Positions 28,611-37,954 of a DNA stretch of 64,000 nt are shown in pieces (within the stretch, counting starts at the first letter, position 1; the number at the start of each line of letters is the position of its first letter). The notes beneath the pieces are model-generated. The model searched no databases and was not told where the DNA came from. It saw only the letters and a program-made list of their open reading frames with translations. The position numbers and the translations under genes are program-made. Source of the DNA: Porphyridium purpureum. Taxonomy: Eukaryota. The stretch lies in contig VRMN01000003.1 in assembly GCA_008690995.1 (NCBI GenBank), forward strand, positions 1,550,001-1,614,000. Reading direction: 5' to 3'.

Positions 28611-29489
28611 ATGGTGCGTCTTCCGGTGCTGGTGCTCCTCGTGGGTACCTTGTTGCTGCTGACTGGAGCTGTGCTTGCTCATGTGCCAATCTCAGTGTGC
28701 GAGTACTCGGACCAAGGCTGTTCGGAAGGCGAGATCTGCTACTCGCTCGACTCGGACGAATGCACGGAATACAATGGACTTGGCGGAACGCCGTTCTTCA
28801 AGTACAGTTACACGTGCGGCAGGACAGGCGCACTTCGTGTGGGAGGCGGGTACTTTCAGACAGCACAGTGTGTGCTAGGTGGGTCGTTTTCCACCGATTT
28901 CATCGTCGAAACATCGGACAATTTGCAGTTGAACACGTGCTATGCGCTCTCTCGTACGGTCATGGCATTGAATTCGCGTAGGTTTACTGCTTGGGACTGC
29001 GCCGGCAGCTCACCATCGCCAGTACCGACGCCGACTCCCGTGTGCGTGGACGCCGAGTGGATCGAAGAGCGCGGGCTGAGCAAAGTGCACGCCACCGACG
29101 GCTTTGGCGAGATGCTCTGTATCAGCGGGCTTGACGACCTTCCGTGCGGCACGCCGGACCACGTGATCGAGGTGAGCGTGCAGAAAGGAGCGCGCATGCG
29201 CACAGCGACCACGAGGCTGCGCACATACGCCGAGTTGTGTGCGGAGCGAGACTGCACGACCAAGGTGGGCCGCTTCAACGGCGTGGTGCATTCCGACGCG
29301 TACTTGCTTCCGAGCCAAGATGGGCATCGTGTGACGTCGGTGGCGCGCCGCGGCTCGACGTGGAGCGAGATCGAGAACCGGCTCGTGCTGGGTGCGCAGG
29401 CGATGGGGTCGCCGCGTGTGAATCGCCTGCTGACGTACCTGCAGCGACGGAACACCGTTGCACATTTGTCTGGTGTGGATGAGCAGTAG
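28611..29489 (+). CDS. Secreted Cys-rich protein with Pro/Thr linker and C-terminal Cys/His domain
   Basis: Signal peptide MVRLPVLVLLVGTLLLLTGAVLA; SSPSPVPTPTP linker; CVDAEW...LC...LPCGTPDH...TYAELC..DC. Confidence 0.75.
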   Translation: MVRLPVLVLLVGTLLLLTGAVLAHVPISVCEYSDQGCSEGEICYSLDSDECTEYNGLGGTPFFKYSYTCGRTGALRVGGGYFQTAQCVLGGSFSTDFIVETSDNLQLNTCYALSRTVMALNSRRFTAWDCAGSSPSPVPTPTPVCVDAEWIEERGLSKVHATDGFGEMLCISGLDDLPCGTPDHVIEVSVQKGARMRTATTRLRTYAELCAERDCTTKVGRFNGVVHSDAYLLPSQDGHRVTSVARRGSTWSEIENRLVLGAQAMGSPRVNRLLTYLQRRNTVAHLSGVDEQ

Positions 29490-29740
29490 GCATTCGGTGA
29501 GCTGCGGCTTCATGGAGGATGCGGCTTGCATGGTGCTGTGAACTGTTCGCATCTCTTCATATCGCCCCAGTTGGTCGACTTGATTCCGCGAATCTGACAG
29601 GATAGGTGTCACAAGAGATCAACGCTGAGACTGTCACTGTATCTGCACTCATCCCGCACAATATCATTTCGAACACACAGCACCACCAAACAACACCAAC
29701 ATCCCCTGGTAGAATTGCGTCATCTCCCGAACGAAGGCGC

Positions 29741-29793
29741 TTAACGGTCTTAAAGGTTTCGTTGACCGGCTTAACGGCTTAACGGTTTTACGG
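29741..29793. promoter_or_regulatory. Cluster of TTAACGG (MSA/MYB-like) motifs upstream of GFAT
   Basis: ttaacgg at 29741, 29771 and 29779; tttacgg at 29787. Confidence 0.4.
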
Positions 29794-30058
29794 TTCATTT
29801 GATTTTAATTTTTTTCCATTTTTCAATCAAGACACGGAAGTGCGCGGCACGCGTGTCCGCACTCCCGTGCCTGTCTGTCCTGTGAACGAGTGTCTGACGA
29901 GCGCGTCATCAGCGTGTCTGTCCACGCACGGTCACCGGATCTCGGTCGTACGTCCGGCGCTTGGGTACTAGCGCGTAGTCTGAGATCAGCGCTGGTCGGG
30001 CCGGCACACCCAGGCTTGCCGGCTGGCGGAGAGTGACGCTGCTCACAACCTTGCAATC

Positions 30059-32317
30059 ATGTGTGGCATCTTTGCCTGCTTCATTCATGGCAGCGACACA
30101 CTCTCTGAGCGTGAGGTGGCGGGTGTGTTGTTAAATGGGCTGGGGCGCTTGGAGTATCGCGGGTATGACAGTGCGGGGCTTTGCCTTTCGCGGAGTTCGA
30201 CCTGCGTGTGTTCAAGCGAGCAACCTGCAGTTCAAGATCAATTCTGCCCGCGCTTGCTGAAGACCGTCGGAACCGTATCAGTACTTCGAGAATTGGTAGA
30301 CCGTGAGATGAGCCCTGGTTCAGTCAACGGAGCAAATGGCCGACGCGCAAAATGCACTGACGATTCAAGGAGAGGGAGCTGTGCAGTCGGTCAAAGGTGT
30401 GGCACGACGCATGTGGGTATCGCGCATACAAGATGGGCAACACACGGAGCAGTATCTGTGGAAAATTGCCATCCGCACGTATCATCTGCGGAGCTTGAAT
30501 TTGTGGTCGTGCACAATGGCATTATCACCAACTACCAGGCTTTGAAAGAAATGTTGCTCAAAAAGGGCACTCGGTTTGAGTCAGATACAGACACTGAAGT
30601 GGTGGTCAAGTTAATACACTACTTGTACAGCACGTTGCTCGAGGCGCCCTCTGAGTCGTCTCGGAAGACCGCATCTGCATCGATTCCATTCGAAAAGCTT
30701 GTGATGCATCTCATGAGGCACTTAGAAGGTGCATTCGCGCTGATTTTTTTGAGTACAAAGTACCCTGGCCAAATTGTGGCGTGCAAGCGCGGGTCACCAC
30801 TCGTGATCGGGTTGAAAGGCGAGTACAATGTCAGCGAGCGTACCAAGGGCGGCCACTTCAGCAAGACCGATTCGGCTGCTCGCATCACTTCGTCAAAGTT
30901 GAGCAAAGGGGCCACAGCAAGTCTCAGTCTGGGACGGACACGAAATCTGGACTCGGAGGGAAGAGGTCATGACGAGCTGAATGACTCCACTCAGTATTTC
31001 TTTGCGTCCGACGTCAATGCGATCGTGGAACACACGGACCGCGTCCTCTACACCGAAGACAACGACATTGTGAGTGTGCGGAGCGGTGAGTTGCAGGTTT
31101 TCAATGTAACCAGTGAATTCAGCTACGAGAATGAAGATGAGCAAATGGTCGTTCCCAACCGCCAGGTTTCAACCATCCAAATGGAGTTGCACGAAATCAT
31201 GAAGGGCTCTTTTCCCCACTTCATGAAAAAGGAAATTTTTGAGCAGCCGGAGAGCATCAAGCAGACGATGCGGGGTCGGATTTTAAATGGTAGCGAGGTT
31301 CATCTAACAGGTGTACGGGAGCATATGTCGGACATCCGCAAGTCAACGCGCTTGATATTTGTAGCAAGCGGCACGTCATACAATGCATGCATGGCTTCAC
31401 GTCAGATTTTGGAAGAGCTGTCCGAGATTCCGGTGATTGTGGAGCTTGCTGGCGACTTTATGGACCGCTTGTGCCCAATCTTCAGGAGCGATGTCGTGGC
31501 GTTTGTCTCACAGAGCGGCGAGACGGCAGATACTCTCGATGCGCTGAAGTACGCTCGAAAACACGGTGCAATGTGCATGGGCATTGTCAACGTGGTGGGC
31601 AGTTCCATTTCGCGCCTGACTGACTTTGGGGTGCATCTCAACGCCGGCAGTGAGATAGGGGTTGCGAGCACCAAGGTGTACACGAGCCAGATTGTCGTCA
31701 TGGTTATGATTGCACTGGAACTATCTGCTGATTCCAAGAACAAGTCTGCTCGTCGAATCGCCATTTTGCAGGGCTTGCGCGAATTAAGCGCAAACATTGA
31801 AAAAACCATCTTACTTGTCGATGAGCACGTGCAGCGCATTGCCGACCAATTGGCGGACGATCGCTCAATTCTGTGCTTTGGCAGAGGGTACCATTATGCG
31901 ACATGTGTCGAGGCCGCGCTCAAGATCAAAGAGGTAGCTTACATTCATACCGAAGGGATCAATGCGGGCGAACTGAAGCACGGGCCCATTGCGCTAGTTG
32001 ACGAGAACCTCCCGATCGTCGTGTTCTCGAGCATGGACTTGACAGCGGTTAAAGTACAGAGCGCGATCCATCAGCTACTTGCGCGTGGCGTTCGGCAGCG
32101 TCTCATTGTAGTGTGCAGCGAGAGCGACACTCAGATGTTGGAGTTGGTGGCGTCGCGTGAGGGCGTCGATGTGATCAAGGTCGCGCACACTGTTGATTGT
32201 CTCCAGTCTGTGCTGAGCATTATTCCTATGCAGCTCCTAAGCTATTATCTTGCTGTTGCACGCAAACTCAACGTCGATTGCCCGCGAAATCTCGCAAAGA
32301 GCGTCACGGTGCATTGA
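30059..32317 (+). CDS. GFA1: Glutamine:fructose-6-phosphate amidotransferase (GFAT)
   Basis: MCGIF, LEYRGYDSAG, HTRWATHG, SQSGETADT, GVASTK, GELKHGP, PRNLAKSVTV. Confidence 0.98.
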   Translation: MCGIFACFIHGSDTLSEREVAGVLLNGLGRLEYRGYDSAGLCLSRSSTCVCSSEQPAVQDQFCPRLLKTVGTVSVLRELVDREMSPGSVNGANGRRAKCTDDSRRGSCAVGQRCGTTHVGIAHTRWATHGAVSVENCHPHVSSAELEFVVVHNGIITNYQALKEMLLKKGTRFESDTDTEVVVKLIHYLYSTLLEAPSESSRKTASASIPFEKLVMHLMRHLEGAFALIFLSTKYPGQIVACKRGSPLVIGLKGEYNVSERTKGGHFSKTDSAARITSSKLSKGATASLSLGRTRNLDSEGRGHDELNDSTQYFFASDVNAIVEHTDRVLYTEDNDIVSVRSGELQVFNVTSEFSYENEDEQMVVPNRQVSTIQMELHEIMKGSFPHFMKKEIFEQPESIKQTMRGRILNGSEVHLTGVREHMSDIRKSTRLIFVASGTSYNACMASRQILEELSEIPVIVELAGDFMDRLCPIFRSDVVAFVSQSGETADTLDALKYARKHGAMCMGIVNVVGSSISRLTDFGVHLNAGSEIGVASTKVYTSQIVVMVMIALELSADSKNKSARRIAILQGLRELSANIEKTILLVDEHVQRIADQLADDRSILCFGRGYHYATCVEAALKIKEVAYIHTEGINAGELKHGPIALVDENLPIVVFSSMDLTAVKVQSAIHQLLARGVRQRLIVVCSESDTQMLELVASREGVDVIKVAHTVDCLQSVLSIIPMQLLSYYLAVARKLNVDCPRNLAKSVTVH

Positions 32318-32398
32318 GTAAAAGGGCTAGTCTCCACGCGCGTGTTCATGTCGACCCTCCTGGACACCTTCCTTTTCCGGCCTGTAAGTCCAGTGCTC

Positions 32399-32977
32399 TC
32401 ACACCCCGCGCGCCCCGATTCTGAAGATCACAGCATCCTCGAGCGACCCGACTTCCAGTTCGGGTGGCATGACCTTGTAAAGAGCTGTGATTCGCTCATG
32501 ATTGCTCATCGAAAACGCGTCATCGGCAGTGCATCGGCGCCCCATGACGTGTTGCTCAATCATCCGGACGCCCTTCTCTGCATCGGCTTCGCCTACAAAG
32601 ACAAAAGCCACGCACGTACTGGCCGGCGTGATCCCAAAATGGCTGGCGGCCATGCGAGTCTGGCCCTTAGACCTGCCAGACAATTCCAGCATCAGCTGAT
32701 CATACACTGACACGTTCTCGGAACCGCTTTTCTTTGTTTCACCGCCGCCGTGGTTGTGCTCGACATGATTGAACGCACGCATTGCCGCGAGACGAAGCGC
32801 AAACTCGGACACCACCAGCTGCGCGTCCACCATCGCGCCCTTCAGACCATCCCAGCCAACCAGGTCCGCTGCGTTTGTGACATCCTGACACCACACCACC
32901 TCTACGTACGGCTCAAACGCCCGTTCAAGACGTGGCTCAGACATCCTTGCCCAGCATCCTTCCGGGTCTCTTCCCAT
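32399..32977 (-). CDS. CGI121: KEOPS complex subunit CGI121/TPRKB
   Basis: AMVDAQLVVS, LMLELS...AASHFGI, ITALYKV..ELEVGSLEDAVIFRI. Start 32977 or 32944. Confidence 0.8.
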   Translation of the reverse strand: MGRDPEGCWARMSEPRLERAFEPYVEVVWCQDVTNAADLVGWDGLKGAMVDAQLVVSEFALRLAAMRAFNHVEHNHGGGETKKSGSENVSVYDQLMLELSGRSKGQTRMAASHFGITPASTCVAFVFVGEADAEKGVRMIEQHVMGRRCTADDAFSMSNHERITALYKVMPPELEVGSLEDAVIFRIGARGV

Positions 32978-33052
32978 TTCCGTTTCCAGAAGAGTTTTGA
33001 GACCGCGCCAACAAGCTCTTGAACCGTGCGAGACAGTGTTTCTGTGCTGATA

Positions 33053-34054
33053 ATGGAGAGAACAATGGCCGATGCGGAACCGGAAAGCAGTCAAGCTGCC
33101 TCGCCTGCGCATGTCGAAGGTGGGAGCGATGGAGCTCGCAACGAATCAACGGCGAGCAATGCCAGGCTAAGCCGAGAAGAGCGTCGTGCTCGGATTCTCG
33201 CGAAAGGGTCGGCAAGGTTAGCTTTCGCAGCAGGACAGGCACGCACGATTGATCAGGAACACACACCATTCAATGAGGGAGCCACGGCAGATGGTGCGCC
33301 TGATGGTGCGCCTGATGGTGCGCCTGATGGTGCACGTCTTGAAGAAGAGCGTGCGGAGAGTATCGGTAGAGTCGACGTACAAGCGCATATCGATGCAGAT
33401 CCCTCAAGAGCGGGTCTTCACGTCACGGAGGGATCTGAGCGGGAATATGCTCCGTCATTACCGCCAGCGCCGTCACCACCGCAACCAGCGGCCGCGACGT
33501 CGATGGCCGAGCTTCTCGAGTTTGCTCGGATGTTTGCGTCGCAACGACCAGTAGACGAAGTGGAACGCACTGATGCTTTGGGAGCTGCAACAGCAGAAAA
33601 CTTGTTTGGCTCGTCTGTTATGCGATCTGTTTCCAGTCATCAAGGCCAAATGGGCTTTGGCGCACCAAGCCGGACGAGAGATGACCCGACTCGAACCAAC
33701 GGGCCGCCGCCTTCGCAAGTCCGGCAAAGAAAGCTCCCTATCGAAATTCCAGAGCTGTCATTCACACAGCGTTTCCTTGTGGTAATATTCAGTGCTGTCC
33801 TGGCCGCACTGGTATCCCAAATTTGGATCGGGCCTTTCTCTTGCCTGACTGTGCTGCTAGCTTGTGAGCTCGTATTCCACGCCCGCTCACTGGTGTCGAT
33901 GCTTGGATCCGAGGTAACATTGGTCACTTTACTGGCGGGCGCTCCGCGCACGTGGGCTCTCATGCAGCAGATTTACCGAGAGTGCGTTCTATATCTTGTG
34001 GTCTTCTTGGTTACTGTGCGCTTCCTCCGCGTTCCAGATGAATGGACAACGTAA
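33053..34054 (+). CDS. Candidate GET2/CAML insertase subunit
   Basis: Basic N-terminal motif REERRARILAKGSARLAFAAG, a disordered middle and C-terminal hydrophobic helices. Confidence 0.65.
   Translation: MERTMADAEPESSQAASPAHVEGGSDGARNESTASNARLSREERRARILAKGSARLAFAAGQARTIDQEHTPFNEGATADGAPDGAPDGAPDGARLEEERAESIGRVDVQAHIDADPSRAGLHVTEGSEREYAPSLPPAPSPPQPAAATSMAELLEFARMFASQRPVDEVERTDALGAATAENLFGSSVMRSVSSHQGQMGFGAPSRTRDDPTRTNGPPPSQVRQRKLPIEIPELSFTQRFLVVIFSAVLAALVSQIWIGPFSCLTVLLACELVFHARSLVSMLGSEVTLVTLLAGAPRTWALMQQIYRECVLYLVVFLVTVRFLRVPDEWTT
33290..33334 (+). repeat. In-frame 12-bp tandem repeat (gatggtgcgcct), about 3.7 copies, encoding DGAP
   Basis: Direct reading of the sequence. Confidence 0.9.
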
Positions 34055-34091
34055 GGTGATTTGGACAGTGGTGGATTAAAAGTAGAAGAGC

Positions 34092-35147
34092 ATGTTTAGC
34101 GATGATATCGAAGCGCTTCATGCCGCTGCATGCGCCTCGAGCGCATCCACGTACACTGATCCGGAAAGCGGCTACCAGGTCTTTACCTCGTCCTTTCTAG
34201 CCAAGCGCGGTCGGTGTTGCGGCAGCGGCTGCCGTCACTGTCCGTTCGAGCACAACGCAGTTCCGCTTCAGATCCGCGCGTCGCGCATCCAGAATGCGGC
34301 TTTTCTGTACGAGCGGAATCCATGCGATGTGCCGGGTTCAGCGGTAGCCGTGCCGATCAAGGTCTTGTTTTGGTCCGGCGGGAAGGATTCCTACTTGGCG
34401 TTAAGGCATGTGATACGCGGGTACAAGGAGGCAAATGTGCCTTTTGGGACCGCATGCCGTCGGGTGGTTTTATTGACGACGTTCGATGTGCACACGCGTC
34501 GCGTCTCACAACAAGAAGTCAGCATCGCCGATATTGTGACGCAGGCTCGCGCGCTAGATTTAGACCTTCTTGGAGTGCCGCTTCACGTTGGTGCGTCGTA
34601 TGCCGCGGCGGTACACACAGGGTTGCGCATATTGTCGCAGTGTACGCGATACAGTAACGTTGACGCACTGGTGTTTGGCGATCTGCATATAACATACATT
34701 CGCGAATGGCGCGAGCAACACTTTGGCAGCGAGTTTGCCGCTGCCAAATACGGCAAGCGATACGAGCTGCAGTATCCCATCTTTTCTCAGGTCCCAGGCT
34801 CGAACTATGGTACTCTCATGGATGAGCTAGAAAGCTCTGACGTATCTGTATCCATTTGCGCCGTCAGCGGACCGCTGCCGGCGCAATCACCATTGTCGGT
34901 AACCCCATCGTCACCGCCGGACAAATCAGATTCGTATCCGCCTGCCGCGAGTGTGACCGGACCCGCACCTACTCAGTTAGGCGATTTCTTTACCCGGGAG
35001 CTTTCTGCGCGCATCGCTGAGGCAGGCTGGGATGCGTTTGGCGAAAACGGAGAGTTCCACACGTTTGTCGAACTCGGCTGGACTGGCGCGTCAAGCGCTG
35101 CGCTGCTCGGCTTCTCCGAGCCCGCGCACGCGCCGAAAAAGAATTAG
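34092..35147 (+). CDS. DUF5522-like Cys module fused to a PP-loop adenine-nucleotide alpha-hydrolase (Dph6-like)
   Basis: YTDPESGYQVFT..FL.KRGRCCGSGCRHCPF; LFWSGGKDS; FGDLH; GENGEFHT. Confidence 0.8.
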   Translation: MFSDDIEALHAAACASSASTYTDPESGYQVFTSSFLAKRGRCCGSGCRHCPFEHNAVPLQIRASRIQNAAFLYERNPCDVPGSAVAVPIKVLFWSGGKDSYLALRHVIRGYKEANVPFGTACRRVVLLTTFDVHTRRVSQQEVSIADIVTQARALDLDLLGVPLHVGASYAAAVHTGLRILSQCTRYSNVDALVFGDLHITYIREWREQHFGSEFAAAKYGKRYELQYPIFSQVPGSNYGTLMDELESSDVSVSICAVSGPLPAQSPLSVTPSSPPDKSDSYPPAASVTGPAPTQLGDFFTRELSARIAEAGWDAFGENGEFHTFVELGWTGASSAALLGFSEPAHAPKKN

Positions 35148-35359
35148 GGTTTCTTCATTTAGGTACAGTTCATAAAGACGCCGCTTTCACGGCGAAAACG
35201 CGGGTGTACAGTACGTGAGCGCGGGTAACAACTGTACATATGAGCGAGCGTCTGCTGTACACCCTACTTTAAGAAACCCTAGACGTGGAAGGTGGGTGAG
35301 AGAAGCGCACGTGGTGACGGGAGAGGGAGAGAGAAGCGACAAGGGTGACGGAGAATACG

Positions 35360-36337
35360 ATGAATGTTGGGTTTGTGTCGCTTGGACACGGAGCTGCGAC
35401 GCGGTGGCGGCACTGTCATGACCATCGGAAGCAGGAATTTCGCGGCGGGCGCCGCGTGAATGGAGTAAGTGTCGGAAAGCTTGGCATGAGGCCACGGCGG
35501 AACGCGGCCCGCGTGCAGATGTCGCTCTCTGAGCCGGTGCTGTTCCCGGAAACGCTGCGCGCCGCAGGAACCCTGTTTGAAAGCTACCCCAGGCTCATGT
35601 TCTCGCCAGAAAGCGCCGCGCTCGCCCACTCGGGCGTGCCGAATTTGGCGCCCAGCGCCTTATTGTGGGCGTTCGCTTGCTACTTTGGCTTCTCGGAGCG
35701 TGTGCGGTGGGGAACCGAGCTGAACCGCAGGTTGCGTGTGGCGCTCGAGCGCTCGGTTCTGCCACCGGGTGAAAAAGTCGCTGTCGCGAGCAGCTCGGAT
35801 GGACAGTCGAGTGCTGATGCGCAAAGTCCGCCAGAGCCAGAACATGGAGCTGCCGAGCTTGTGGCTGCAGCACTTCACTCGTTGCCGTTTTTGCTAGCTG
35901 CGATTGGCATAGATACCTTACTGCGTAAGTCTGTCGGTGAAACATGGACCTTAAGCTCGGCCACAACGGCTGTTTTGTGGTCTGGCGTGTACGAGCTGGG
36001 TCGCTGGAGCGCAGGTTCGTTCATGAGCGAGGAGGAAAAAGAAGCCGAGCGAAAGGCCTACGACGCGTTTTGCGAGTTTGCAGATAGAGCGCTGAAGCGC
36101 AGCGGAAGATGTCATTTTAGCGACGTCGCGTCGGCCTTTCGCCTGCAGTGCCCGGCATATCGCACTCGCTCAAAGCTCTCGGACGAGCAGATCAGAAGAT
36201 TTATTCGCAGAGCGGCTCCAGACGCCGTACGGTCTCCAAATGGGTTTTATAGGAATTTGTCGATACTCTCGAAGCAGGAGCTGCGAGAGCGCGCCGCACA
36301 AGTGCAGGTGAGCGCGAGCCGGGATCGAGAGCAATAA
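35360..36337 (+). CDS. Hypothetical plastid-targeted membrane protein
   Basis: Transit-like MNVGFVS...VQM, hydrophobic segments and a basic C-terminal domain ending RSPNGFYRNLS. Confidence 0.65.
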   Translation: MNVGFVSLGHGAATRWRHCHDHRKQEFRGGRRVNGVSVGKLGMRPRRNAARVQMSLSEPVLFPETLRAAGTLFESYPRLMFSPESAALAHSGVPNLAPSALLWAFACYFGFSERVRWGTELNRRLRVALERSVLPPGEKVAVASSSDGQSSADAQSPPEPEHGAAELVAAALHSLPFLLAAIGIDTLLRKSVGETWTLSSATTAVLWSGVYELGRWSAGSFMSEEEKEAERKAYDAFCEFADRALKRSGRCHFSDVASAFRLQCPAYRTRSKLSDEQIRRFIRRAAPDAVRSPNGFYRNLSILSKQELRERAAQVQVSASRDREQ

Positions 36338-37425
36338 ACCGGATCTACTAGGATTGAGACCGCCGCGTGGACCTACTGTTGCGGAGCAACGAGATTCTCG
36401 TGCACTTCTTCATAGCAGCCAAGCCATCGATGACGTTCGGGCTTGGTTTGCCCGCACTCCGCGGCCTTCCCACACGTATTCCTGAGCGGCAGACCCTGTT
36501 CGCTGTCAGCAAGAGGAAAGCACAGTCGGGACGGGAAGGCGAAGCAGCGCTTCTAGCAGTCCATGTGACATTCGTATGCCTTTGCTACAAATCGATACAT
36601 GAAGCTTGGACCGAGCACGACGCGCAACACTCCTCTTCTACGAGCATGCATGCTCCAAGTTCGGGGTATGATGTGACTGCACCGTACGTTGTCCGGGTTG
36701 TGCGGACGATGGCTCACTCACCACCACACGTCACACTCACGCCAAACCATTGGCAATGACCCTGTCAGTTTGAATGCGTGGCTACGGGCATGCCTCTCGT
36801 GCTCGGTAAAAAAGGGTTGTGGTGGGTTTGTCAGCTGCTTCACCCGTCAGCGCGCGGCGAATTTGTGTCCACTCAGCAACATCGCTCTTGACGCGCCTTA
36901 CTAATCCGGCCAACACTCGTCATCACAGACTTGCGTCCTTCCGCGGGTGAATTATGTTCTCGTCGTTAACACCACCGTCAACACACACAAACAAGCACAG
37001 GCAAGCTTACGTGTGCGTGGGAAGTGGGGTGGACGTGCGCGCACTTCTGCTTCTGCCCCCGTTGCATCAAACTCCGAGCTTCGAGCTAGATCGATCGTTG
37101 CTGCGGGTGAGCGGAAGTGGTTTACACATGCTTCTGACGTTTTGAGTTCGTTTTTCATGTGAAGCACGCCAGTGCCTCGCCCTCTTTGTTGCCTTTCTCC
37201 CCCTGGAACGGAGGGGACGGCGTGCCTGTGGCTCCAAAACCGATGAAGGCCGGGTCATTGTGCAGTCGCCGCACAGTCTGCACAATGAGTGTTTTAGGAT
37301 GTTCGTGCATGCGCGCACGCACGAGCCAAGCCGCGTGATCTATAAAGGGCGGGACCCACTGCAGCGTTGATGATGGTAGGCGGTGCGCCGACCTCCGACA
37401 GAGCACGCAGACTCGTTGTGTAAGG

Positions 37426-37746
37426 ATGATAGCAGGAATAGAGAAGCGTGGTCGAAACCGCAGCCGGACTTCCGATCGTGCGCCGAGCAGGAGAAGACAG
37501 TTTTCGCACGCAGAGGCGCGCGAAGAGTATGGCGAGATGCGCGAGAGGCAAAAGCGCGCGCGATACGCCTCAAAGCTCAGCACGGAAGGTGTGAGCCGCG
37601 GATTGGTGAAGGCGTCGGACAGTAGTAGCGAAAGTCTCTGCTCCGCGACTGATGCCGATGGACAAGTCGACCACATTGAACGGCTCTTGAATGAGCTCTC
37701 GCCCTGCTGTTCAGTTGCCCATGAAGCTCCGACGAGCAGCGCGTAA
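37426..37746 (+). CDS. Small hypothetical protein (106 aa)
   Basis: ATG-initiated ORF about 80 nt after CTATAAAG (37340-37347); charged, protein-like composition; no family recognised. Confidence 0.45.
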   Translation: MIAGIEKRGRNRSRTSDRAPSRRRQFSHAEAREEYGEMRERQKRARYASKLSTEGVSRGLVKASDSSSESLCSATDADGQVDHIERLLNELSPCCSVAHEAPTSSA

Positions 37747-37954
37747 GTAGTTGCTCGAGATTTCATCTGGTGTATTTTTCGCAAGTAAAACAATTTTGGG
37801 AATCCAACGAACATCGATGTTGTCGGTGTCGTTGTGTGGATGAGGACAGTACTTCTCTCGCAAAGCTCAAGATACAACGCACTCGAGCCAGCCGCGTTCA
37901 ACCGGTTGCTTGTTTGATCGACACTGCCTCCGGCTCGGCCGCTAGATCGCGGGC

